From an uncultured virus (IMG/VR IMGVR_UViG_3300010358_000002) (lineage: Duplodnaviria; Heunggongvirae; Uroviricota; Caudoviricetes), in the IMG/VR virus record IMGVR_UViG_3300010358_000002: a DNA stretch of 20,000 nt; one strand, written 5' to 3'. Below are positions 1 to 13,234 of this stretch, in pieces. The notes under the pieces are model-generated. The model saw only the letters and a list, made by a program, of their open reading frames with translations, was not told where the DNA came from and did not search any database. Position numbers and translations under genes: made by a program. Within the stretch, counting starts at the first letter, position 1, and each line of letters opens with the position of its first letter.

Positions 1-323
1 CCACGAGGATAGAAGTTAGCTTGACCTCCAGCAAACGCAGTGTTCCCACCTAGATAGTAGTCTCCAGGAACAGCCATAGCCTTATCGCCTACCTGAGTAG
101 GCTCACGGCCAAACCTCGAAAATGACTGAGTCATTTTCATAACTGGTGGCGTGAAAATACTATTCTTCGTATCAAATGCTACGTGAACAAAGTCTTTCTC
201 AATCTTTACAACGTGGGCAGGAATAGACTTAGCCTCTTGCTCACGGCCTTGGTTCACCCTTCTACCGGCCCAATTATTCATCTGGCCAGTGAAAGGATTT
301 TTATGTGAGTCATATCGTCCCAT
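1..323 (-). CDS. Baseplate spike / puncturing protein N-terminus (gp138/gpV-like OB-fold), runs off the window edge
   Basis: Not in the ORF track. Manual translation from ATG at 323 (TAAGGTG upstream) stays open to base 1: MGRYDSHKNPFTGQMNNWAGRRVNQGREQEAKSIPAHVVKIEKDFVHVAFDTKNSIFTPPVMKMTQSFSRFGREPTQVGDKAMAVPGDYYLGG... The 'P.hVVk' and 'P.QVGDKa..vp.D..LGG' patterns resemble spike N-terminal domains, and the position in the baseplate cluster fits. Confidence 0.7.
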   Translation of the reverse strand, partial: MGRYDSHKNPFTGQMNNWAGRRVNQGREQEAKSIPAHVVKIEKDFVHVAFDTKNSIFTPPVMKMTQSFSRFGREPTQVGDKAMAVPGDYYLGGNTAFAGGQANFYPR

Positions 324-331
324 GTTGCACC

Positions 332-850
332 TTACGGGTTGATTTCGAAGGAACCATTTCGATAAACCATAGTAGATCTTGTAAACACGGATTGCACCAT
401 ATTCAATAATCGACTAACATGTCCTACGATAACCAATGGCCCTGGATCTCTAGGCATAGGAAGAGTAAACCTTAGAGGCTGTATATGAAGACACCTGTAT
501 CTCCCATTGTATGTGTTAGGTTGAAATCCATCTAAGGTGTAATGTATGATAGTCCCTGGTTTAGTAGCGATACCGGCATATGGAGTAGTCCAACCCCCAT
601 ATGGAGCCATATCTACAGTCACAACACCTAAGAAAGGATCATATGCTGCACTCAAAACACTACGAGCAGGAGGAGAGGAAATAAGCGGAACTGTTATTAT
701 CCACGTTCCATCCGCTGCGTAAACATTGATATAAAACCGCTGTGCAGATACGTTCCAAGTTATCCTAATAGTATGATCTTCCCCATCTAGTCTTGCACTA
801 AATTCAGGAGTTACCACATTTGAAGGAAGAAATGGGATTACAGTTGTCAT
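332..850 (-). CDS. Small baseplate protein (172 aa) with an inserted FCCH-like beta module
   Basis: Likely start is ATG 850, overlapping the upstream stop as TAATG, rather than 907. The N-terminal 'F.a.LDG..h.i.itWNv.aQRfYinvY' and C-terminal 'F..StmVYRng.FEI.P' resemble small baseplate proteins that follow the tube initiator in such modules. Confidence 0.6.
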   Translation of the reverse strand: MTTVIPFLPSNVVTPEFSARLDGEDHTIRITWNVSAQRFYINVYAADGTWIITVPLISSPPARSVLSAAYDPFLGVVTVDMAPYGGWTTPYAGIATKPGTIIHYTLDGFQPNTYNGRYRCLHIQPLRFTLPMPRDPGPLVIVGHVSRLLNMVQSVFTRSTMVYRNGSFEINP

Positions 851-1647
851 TATGAAATACCCGCGTATGGAAATCCTGCTGTTGCTGCGGAAGGCGGAAA
901 ATTCCAAACATCTTGACTCGTAATAGCTCTAATAGGTGAAAGATTCGCCCCTAAGAGTGCTGACGGAATTGTCTTAATTGTCAAAGCTAGGTTAGAATTT
1001 CCTCCCGGTACCCCAGGCTGAACTCCGCTTAAACTTCCATCTGTTTGTAATCCATTAGCTATTTTCTGCATCTGTTGATTAAACATCAATTCAAGTTCAG
1101 CCAATGCCACGAGTGGTTTCTCAAAATCAAACCGCCATGCATTCTGTGGTAATGAATTGTTACCACGTGAATTATCTGTTAATGAAGTCATAATTAAATT
1201 TTCATATACATATGCGGGAGTTGCAACTGAATAGGTCCCGCCTCTATTATTATGCTGATCCAAGGTTCCCTTTAATGCTGTCATTACAGATTGCTTAATC
1301 GCCCACACATCTGCAAATGGATCATTAGATGGAGGACGCATAGGGGCATCCATAATAACGGATATTGTCAAAGGTTCACGAATAACAGCATTCGCCGCTA
1401 CAGCCTGATTTGCAAACGGATATTTTCCTATTGTTTGAGAAACCAACGTCCCACCCGGCAAGACGTTGAATGCACCAAAAGCATTATCCAAATCACCAAT
1501 ATCAAATGGCAATCCAAGAGCATTCACATCTGATCCTTGAGCAAAAAGACTAAGCATCGGTAGCATACCACCGGAGATTTGACTAGCAACTCCACCAGTC
1601 AAAATAATAGGGCAGACTTGATATTTGAGTTGTTGTTCGAAGGGCAT
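850..1647 (-). CDS. Putative tail tube initiator / Dit-like baseplate protein (265 aa)
   Basis: Coupled by TAATG to the 590-aa tape-measure-like gene. Motifs 'igkYPFANQAVAANAVI.EPL.is' and 'GGTY.VATPAYVY.NliMTSLTD...W.FDFEKPLV' resemble tube-fold proteins found directly after tape measure genes. Confidence 0.65.
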   Translation of the reverse strand: MPFEQQLKYQVCPIILTGGVASQISGGMLPMLSLFAQGSDVNALGLPFDIGDLDNAFGAFNVLPGGTLVSQTIGKYPFANQAVAANAVIREPLTISVIMDAPMRPPSNDPFADVWAIKQSVMTALKGTLDQHNNRGGTYSVATPAYVYENLIMTSLTDNSRGNNSLPQNAWRFDFEKPLVALAELELMFNQQMQKIANGLQTDGSLSGVQPGVPGGNSNLALTIKTIPSALLGANLSPIRAITSQDVWNFPPSAATAGFPYAGIS

Positions 1648-3419
1648 TATCCTGCCATCCCTGCTGTATTCATATGTATATTAGAACCTGGGACATTACG
1701 AACTACTAGATTAGATACCCTATTCATTTGCCAATTATCAACATCTAATGGACCTTGAAGCATTGATAATCCACGTCGGTTATCTACATTCATGGCTGTA
1801 GAAACAGACGTAGTGCCTTTAAATCCAGCCATCTCGGTTCCAGGAACTCTGCCACGCGCCGCTCCTCCAAACATGGCAATCCGATTACCACCGCGAATAG
1901 AGGCAAACATCCCACTCCGTCTACCACCCCTTACTGAAAGATCTCCACTACTCCCCCCATACATTGCAAGATTACCTCCAGCTCCAGCACCAAAATAAGC
2001 CGCACTTCCTCCAATCATATTTCCACCAAGTCCAGCAAACTGATTTCCTCCCGCCAAAAAATTCCCTGGAAAGTTAATATCACCTCTTGTAGAAGGGGGA
2101 GGAGTTTGATCAGTTGGAGGAGCTGAAGTTCCATCATTCCCAGGAACTCCTTGTTGTGCTGGAGGTGGAGAAGTCCCATCTTGAACAGGAGGAGTAGCTG
2201 CTGGAGGCTGTGAAGGAGTCCCAAACGGAATTCGCCATGTATTAGGACTTCCCGGTTGCGCTGGTCTTGGTGGCTTACCATCCCCACCGAAAAGTGGTTC
2301 AAAGCCACCTCCAGGACCAATACCAAAAAGATTAGCCAGGAAAGGAACCATCTTCTTTAGAATTTCCCAAAAAACTCCCATTGCCTCAACTAATCCCTTA
2401 AGGATAGGAATTAATTCCTGAACAGTTTTATCGACCTTTTCTATTGCCTCCTTAACCTTCTTGGGATCTTTCATCCAGTCGGACAACTTATTCAATTGCT
2501 TCGTTATCCAATTCAGAATTCTAGCAACTGTGCCAGAATCCAACAATGCCTTGATTAATTCAACTACTGATTTACTAAGTTCTTCAAGGTGTGGGGTAAG
2601 GTTTTTGAGTCTTTCACCAAATGCATTCTGTATGTTGACTTTTGCTTGTTCGAATACTATTGCCAAGTCGGACCAAGCTTTTTGAGCCCTTTCACTCAGC
2701 TTAGGGGCATCTTGCATTCTCTTTATTTCAGCTTCAAGATCCTTTCTACTCATTCTAGCAAGGCGGATTATATCTTCATCAGATATAGCTAATCCACCTC
2801 TAAAAGCTCTGCCAACTTGGATCGCAGCAAAAGGATCCTTTCCCGCAACCTGCCGATGCATATTCCTTAAGACTGTAGGCAATACCTGAGTAGGATCCTT
2901 AGCTCCCCCAGGCCCCACTCTTACTCCCAATGCTGCTAGTCCAGCCATTTCGTCCGGACTACCGTATAGTCCTTTAGAAATGCTCTGCAACAACCCGGTA
3001 GGATTTTCTAGGATTGTTTGACCGGCAACTTGAACCCCTTGCATTCGCCCATAATCAGCTCCCATGCCTAATGCTTGTCTTCTTTTTTGCATGATAGACT
3101 GGGCAAGTCTATCAAGACCAAATAGTCCAGCGCCTGTTGCCAGCATCGACGCAAGAGTGCCGACAGCCATAACGCCTTTGACAAGCAGATTGACTACATC
3201 CTTTACAGCACCTCCCCACGCTTTCGTGGCCTGGGTTAATGAGTGTATTGTCTGCTGAAGAACTGTGGTATTTGTCTGAGCCTTCTGTATCGTAGTATTG
3301 ATATTCTTGAACTGTTGGTTCAAATTTCCAATCTGCGCCGAAAAGGCATTAAACCTTTGGACGAACTGCTTGAAATCAGTATCGTCTACTTTAACGGTGA
3401 GATTAACTGTCTTAGCCAT
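1647..3419 (-). CDS. Tape-measure-like protein 2 (590 aa, no lytic domain)
   Basis: Helical N-terminal ~365 aa starting MAKTVNLTVKVDDTDFKQFVQRFNAF, with a hydrophobic segment (VVNLLVKGVMAVGTLASMLATGAGLFGL). Then Pro-rich and Gly-rich tracts and a short beta-like C-terminus (SNLVVRNVPGSNIHMN). Lies immediately before the tube-initiator-like gene, the usual tape measure position. AGGA RBS. Confidence 0.75.
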   Translation of the reverse strand: MAKTVNLTVKVDDTDFKQFVQRFNAFSAQIGNLNQQFKNINTTIQKAQTNTTVLQQTIHSLTQATKAWGGAVKDVVNLLVKGVMAVGTLASMLATGAGLFGLDRLAQSIMQKRRQALGMGADYGRMQGVQVAGQTILENPTGLLQSISKGLYGSPDEMAGLAALGVRVGPGGAKDPTQVLPTVLRNMHRQVAGKDPFAAIQVGRAFRGGLAISDEDIIRLARMSRKDLEAEIKRMQDAPKLSERAQKAWSDLAIVFEQAKVNIQNAFGERLKNLTPHLEELSKSVVELIKALLDSGTVARILNWITKQLNKLSDWMKDPKKVKEAIEKVDKTVQELIPILKGLVEAMGVFWEILKKMVPFLANLFGIGPGGGFEPLFGGDGKPPRPAQPGSPNTWRIPFGTPSQPPAATPPVQDGTSPPPAQQGVPGNDGTSAPPTDQTPPPSTRGDINFPGNFLAGGNQFAGLGGNMIGGSAAYFGAGAGGNLAMYGGSSGDLSVRGGRRSGMFASIRGGNRIAMFGGAARGRVPGTEMAGFKGTTSVSTAMNVDNRRGLSMLQGPLDVDNWQMNRVSNLVVRNVPGSNIHMNTAGMAG

Positions 3420-3424
3420 AGTTC

Positions 3425-4857
3425 TTAATCCTGGACAGGTAGTTCAGTAGGTCGTGGTTGTTCTTGGCTATTTGGATCTTGTTCTTGACTCGATTTATCA
3501 ACTTGGTCAGAAGCATCAGTCTGTGGAGCAGCAGATCCATCATCCCAAATAACATCATAAGTAGAACTCCAACCAACACCATCAGGATTACGAAAATCTC
3601 CAATATGAACTGCCTTTGCCACAATTCCTGATCCTGATAATGTAAGGTTAGTTCTTTGCTGAGACGAAGTAGCTCCAATTATAGCATCAGGGGTAAGAGT
3701 CGCCAATATCCCTGGAGGAAGCGTAACCCTATTAGGAGGATGTATATCACCTCGCATAATACATTTGATTTGTATCTTTTGAAGAGATAGCCAAGTGGGT
3801 TGTCCAATAAGATCTAAAAAATCTATATTCACAATACCAGAAGCTTGAGTTCCGTCCCAAACATTTATCGTATTATCATGAGAAGTCATGTTAACGCCTT
3901 GATAACCCTTTGTTCCAAGCAAAGAATGACTGAGATTTTTGATATAATTCGCGTACTGCGGCATGTTCTGATACATTCCAGCATCCTGATAAGGAAGCTT
4001 TAGAGCACCAGAAATCAGCATATTCACTTTTCCCTGGGGAAAGGCTTTAGACAATGTTTGTTGAATAGCTGATCTTAAAGACATATTCGGCATTAAATTA
4101 TGAATTAGATTAAGAGGGGCAGATAATCCATCTACACCACCTCCAAACAACGAATTTGCAAATCCCCCACCAAAACTGGTCGCAGCACCAAGAGATCCTA
4201 TACTGAGTCCCCCACCTCCCAAACCAGTCGGTGTAACTACTGCTCTATCTGTTCCAAATGCTACTACCGCCCCACGTGGATATGGTCTACGATCAATAGA
4301 ACGAAACCCTACCCCACGAGTTCGTCTTACGCCTTGCTGTGACGCACCGTCCTGGCTTCCTCCATTCTGGCTTCCCCCATTCTGGCTTCCTCCATTCTGG
4401 CTTCCCCCATCTTGACTACCACCATCCTTACCATCACCACCTCCCTCTTCTGACAAACCAGCAGGAATAAAGGCCATCCCAATAGACATATCAGTCCCAA
4501 TCCAATTCCCCCAAGCCTTCCAAATTCGACCACTCATTAATAAACCAGCATGTTGAGCTTGATGAGTCGCAAGTGGTAATCCTGGCTTTAACCCTCCATA
4601 CACTACAATAGATTTTCCCATTAACTTATCAGTATGCCTGATCTGCTCCCAAGCTACCCCATGAACAGTTATTACAGAATTGTCCGTGTCTGCTGTATGA
4701 GCAGCAGTCTCAGTTATCTGTATTTCAACCTGCTGTGCTCCAGGATCAGCAATACCATTCCTATGAGAACCCCAAACTGCTCCAAGTCCAGCAGGAGAAT
4801 CATACCTTGGTGGAAATACTCCTGCTGGTGCATCCGGTATAAGTATGGAATAGAATC

Positions 4858-4861
<4 letters not shown>
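3425..4861 (-). CDS. Baseplate hub protein (T4 gp27-like, 478 aa) with a Gly-rich insertion
   Basis: MRFYSILI start, 'VYGGLKPGLPLA', 'WGNWIGTDMSI', 'FLDLIGQPTW', 'iKciMRGDI', 'HIGDFRNPDG..W.stYD' resemble hub proteins of this module type. ATGA overlap with the stop of the 1734-aa gene. Confidence 0.7.
4352..4426. repeat. 15-bp tandem repeat (CTGGCTTCCYCCATT x4 plus one degenerate copy) encoding [N/D]GGSQ
   Basis: Units at 4352, 4367, 4382 and 4397, degenerate unit at 4412. They translate as DGGSQDGGSQNGGSQNGGSQNGGSQ in the hub gene. Confidence 0.95.
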
Positions 4862-10062
<5,201 letters not shown>

Positions 10063-10063
10063 T

Positions 10064-10260
10064 CTAGGCTTTCCACAAGGCTATCATGTAGCGTTGCTGC
10101 CACTGGAGACGGGTGGAGTGTGGCCAAGACAATTCAAATTGGTCGAAGAATTCGGTGAATCCTTCGTCCATTAGCCAAGTCAAACAGGAGTGAACTATTG
10201 ATTCACTACCGTTGCAGTCTCGCCAGTAGTCTCTTCCACTGTCGATGTCGGCAAGGAACG
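10064..10260 (-). CDS. Putative -1 frameshift extension of the tail assembly chaperone (gpGT-like); 5' boundary approximate
   Basis: The -1 frame is open across the chaperone 3' end (FLADIDSGRDYWRD...LTWLMDEGFTEFFDQ...WQQRYMIALWKA*). It fills the whole gap, and its stop ends 1 nt before the tape measure ATG. Confidence 0.5.
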
Positions 10261-10761
10261 CATGTATTCCGTAACATTCGACGATGTAGTTCGCGCGTTC
10301 CAGAGAGTGCTCAACCCTTCCATTGCCACCGTCATTTCCGCTCTCAGGTGAATTGACGAGGCGCATGTAAAATATACGATGCAGTTTTCTACCTCTGAAG
10401 CATCGTCATCATTCAACACGCCACGCTTTCTGGCAACGTCAAAAGGCATAGACTCCCAACCACTATCGCCGGGAGCAATCACGTTCGTTAACCGGTGAAT
10501 TTCACCCATCAACGATTGTTGAGTGCGTTCCCAGACGTTTAGTGTTTTCGCCTCTTGTTTAAGCAGCAGAGCCGCAACTCGCGGCCCTGTGACTGGTCCT
10601 AATCCGTTAGTGTAGACTGCGGTAAAGGCCCTTGATATCACGAGGAAATTGTCCTCGAATACCTCCCTACCTATTGGTGATGAATGTACGTGGATTGGCC
10701 CTTTCTCTGTGTCTACACTCAGAACAAGGTTAAGTTTCCTGTTCAGAGTGACTTCTGCCAT
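10195..10761 (-). CDS. Tail assembly chaperone (188 aa)
   Basis: Between tail tube and tape measure genes, with a strong GAGGT RBS. Ends in a Ser/Thr-rich tail (SLPTSTVEETTGET) and overlaps a -1 frame ORF. Confidence 0.65.
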   Translation of the reverse strand: MAEVTLNRKLNLVLSVDTEKGPIHVHSSPIGREVFEDNFLVISRAFTAVYTNGLGPVTGPRVAALLLKQEAKTLNVWERTQQSLMGEIHRLTNVIAPGDSGWESMPFDVARKRGVLNDDDASEVENCIVYFTCASSIHLRAEMTVAMEGLSTLWNARTTSSNVTEYMRSLPTSTVEETTGETATVVNQ

Positions 10762-10785
10762 ACACTACCTCACTTTCTCCTCTAG

Positions 10786-11226
10786 TTAGGTTCCAAAGAA
10801 CCCTGTGTTGACGTTGTAGTAGCCGCGAGCTGTGACCACCATCGCTGCTTCCATACCCGCCATCGCCATCTCACGGATGCTTTCCAGCGCCACGTTATTG
10901 ATAATGAACGGGTTCAGAACATCAGTATCAGGAAAGATACTTACCAGACCCACCAGCGTAGTGTCTTCAAACTGGAGTTTGTAGACTGCGGCCAATGTCG
11001 CACTACGCACAATCGACATTGTGATCGAACACGCTAGGTAGGGTGCTGGACTGCTGACCAAGCTCACCATTGCCGGAAGCAGGTCCGTAGCATTCCCTTC
11101 CAATGCCATGCGGATTCCCTCTGTAGTGAGGAAATTGCTTGTGACATTTAGTTCGGGATGATCATTAAACACTACAGAAGCCCGGAGCCGGTTCAGGACG
11201 CCGGGAGGTGTAAACTGAAAGGCCAT
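10786..11226 (-). CDS. Tail tube protein (146 aa)
   Basis: Immediately after the sheath gene, with the expected size and beta-rich composition. 'GVLNRLRASV...P.LNVT..fL..EGI' and 'SP.PY' motifs. GGAGG RBS. Confidence 0.75.
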   Translation of the reverse strand: MAFQFTPPGVLNRLRASVVFNDHPELNVTSNFLTTEGIRMALEGNATDLLPAMVSLVSSPAPYLACSITMSIVRSATLAAVYKLQFEDTTLVGLVSIFPDTDVLNPFIINNVALESIREMAMAGMEAAMVVTARGYYNVNTGFFGT

Positions 11227-11237
11227 GGGCTAACCTC

Positions 11238-12881
11238 CTAGATTGAGACAAGGTCTGTGGCAACCACATTCACCAGAATGTGGATAAAGCCACGAGCGGG
11301 GATGAACAGGGTGCTGAGCCCATCATACTCCCCAATCTTATAGTCTCCCGGGTTCGCCAACGTGTAGTTAAGGAACGGAACAGCATTCACGTTGCACTTC
11401 CCAGCAAACTGACCGCCATTGATAGCTGCCGTAAGATCAGGCCCATCGAAGCCAGTCATCTCGATTTTACCGAGTACCATACCAAAGGTCTGGGCACTCT
11501 GCATAGTATGGAAGAGGACAAGTTCCAGATAGTTAATCCCATCCTGATTGTAGTACAACGGAGCAAGCGGATTGTTGGAGCCATTGATAATAGCATTGCT
11601 CAGGTTTAGGTTAACTTCAATCTGGACCCAATCAATCGTATACCACCAGTTGAAGTAATCATGCCCATCCAGCGTAACGCCTTCATAGAGCATGGTAAAG
11701 CTGATACCACCCTCAGCACCAGTAGAGATGTAGTTAGTGTTTGCAGACTTGAAGTCTCTGAGGATAGGACCATTATGCTTCTGTGGGTACATGGTCACGC
11801 CATACACAAACTTGAATGCCATTGGCGTGATACGGTTTGTATTTGAAGGGCGATACGCGAGGGCATTATAGAACATCGCCGCAAGCGTAAATTCACCCTC
11901 CGGATCCAGGAAGTTCGGAATATCGTACCTTTCGGGGTCGATACCGCTTGCCGGAACATGGATAAGCGTCGGATCCTGCAATGCAGGAGCCTCAACCATT
12001 TGGATAACGTCCTTAAAGGACGAACCTGTGCCCTTGGTTCCACCAGAACCTAATTGCCCTGGGAAGAACAAGTTCTTGTATGTTGCTTGAGTGTAAAGGG
12101 GTGCTGATCCGTTAGTATCACCACTACACACAGTCAACCAGAAATACTCCATTGTATTAGATGGAGCTTCGTACCGCTTGAGCATATTTGTCATTGCAAG
12201 CGGGGTTGCCGCTGTACCTAAGATGAATGGATCACAGCCAAATCGGCGCGGAAACAAAAACCCATAAACCGTAAGCGGGTTCTCATTCAGCCAGTTCTCC
12301 ATAGCCGCGACGTTGTTGTCTGGGTTATTATCATATCCAAGTTCCAATACCCAGACGCCAACTTCATTGCCTTGGCCAAAGAAAGTCGTGGCCATCTGGT
12401 TCAATTCAATGACGTTATGGGGAACATAAGTTCCCGTTGTAGTTACAGGAGTTGGATCTGTAGCAACAGGATAAGTCAAAGTTGTCGGTGATGCGACGGT
12501 GCAATTTTTGAGCCCATTCAACCCTGGACCAATAGGAATAAATCCACTAAGAACCATTGGAATAACATCACCAACAACTCCTTGAGTTGAATCAATAGCA
12601 GTTGGCAGATGAAGAGTCGCTACTCCCGCAGCCCATGTTACAGATGAAACTGGTAAAGCATAACGAAGAATTGGGGGTCCACTTGGATTCTCGAGTGGCG
12701 GGATATATAGATCCGAAAGTTGGGTTAGAAGTTGTGTATCACCTACCGGGATAGTGGTTGCGCCGAAAGATACAAGCGCTCCAGTACGCTGATAGTTGAT
12801 AGGGGTCGGAGCCTCAATGATCGAAACGTGGACCGTTACGATAGCATTAGGGTCCGTGCTAAACTGAGTTTGGACGGCCAT
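11238..12881 (-). CDS. Contractile tail sheath protein (DUF3383-like, 547 aa)
   Basis: N-terminal 'IVtVhVSiieAPtP' and C-terminal 'G.tldG.dyFnwWY.IDWvq...lsNAiiNGSNNplaPLYYnQdGI..L' and 'P.rGF..I.vNv' are sheath-type motifs. AAGGA RBS. Confidence 0.85.
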   Translation of the reverse strand: MAVQTQFSTDPNAIVTVHVSIIEAPTPINYQRTGALVSFGATTIPVGDTQLLTQLSDLYIPPLENPSGPPILRYALPVSSVTWAAGVATLHLPTAIDSTQGVVGDVIPMVLSGFIPIGPGLNGLKNCTVASPTTLTYPVATDPTPVTTTGTYVPHNVIELNQMATTFFGQGNEVGVWVLELGYDNNPDNNVAAMENWLNENPLTVYGFLFPRRFGCDPFILGTAATPLAMTNMLKRYEAPSNTMEYFWLTVCSGDTNGSAPLYTQATYKNLFFPGQLGSGGTKGTGSSFKDVIQMVEAPALQDPTLIHVPASGIDPERYDIPNFLDPEGEFTLAAMFYNALAYRPSNTNRITPMAFKFVYGVTMYPQKHNGPILRDFKSANTNYISTGAEGGISFTMLYEGVTLDGHDYFNWWYTIDWVQIEVNLNLSNAIINGSNNPLAPLYYNQDGINYLELVLFHTMQSAQTFGMVLGKIEMTGFDGPDLTAAINGGQFAGKCNVNAVPFLNYTLANPGDYKIGEYDGLSTLFIPARGFIHILVNVVATDLVSI

Positions 12882-12904
12882 GGTTCACGTTCCTTTTGCT
12901 AAAA

Positions 12905-13234
12905 TCAGCGACGACGAGTAGTAGTCGTCCTGGTACGGGTCACTGTGCGCTTACGCTTCACGGTACCTCCGTTCCCGTCGTCCTCTTCTACCTCTTCCTC
13001 ATCTTCCTCAGACTCTTCCGTAGCCTCCCTAGCCTGAGCTTGCTGTTCATCCCATTCAGCAACTTCTTGCACGTATGCCTCGAAGCTCTGGATCGTTCCA
13101 GCTATATAGGTAGGCTTGTTCGGCACATCACCGGGACCGACGGTCGTTGATACCGTAACACCTCCTGGCTTCTGTACTCTAGCCAGGATTGGATAAGCTG
13201 CTGTGTAGAGGGTTAGATAATTCGTCTGTGGCAT
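12905..13234 (-). CDS. Hypothetical protein (109 aa) with an acidic tract and a basic Arg/Thr tail
   Basis: GGAGGT RBS before ATG 13234. Fills the gap up to the sheath gene and overlaps the upstream gene by 56 nt. Confidence 0.7.
   Translation of the reverse strand: MPQTNYLTLYTAAYPILARVQKPGGVTVSTTVGPGDVPNKPTYIAGTIQSFEAYVQEVAEWDEQQAQAREATEESEEDEEEVEEDDGNGGTVKRKRTVTRTRTTTTRRR

Noticed and set aside
851..907. Upstream start extensions in the ORF track (907; likewise 15925 and 16900)
   Set aside because: Downstream ATGs at 850, 15838 and 16876 have stop-start overlaps or a strong RBS and avoid long overlaps with genes or RNA structure.
4352..4426. Possible CRISPR-like array
   Set aside because: Contiguous 15-bp in-frame coding repeats with no spacers and no cas genes.
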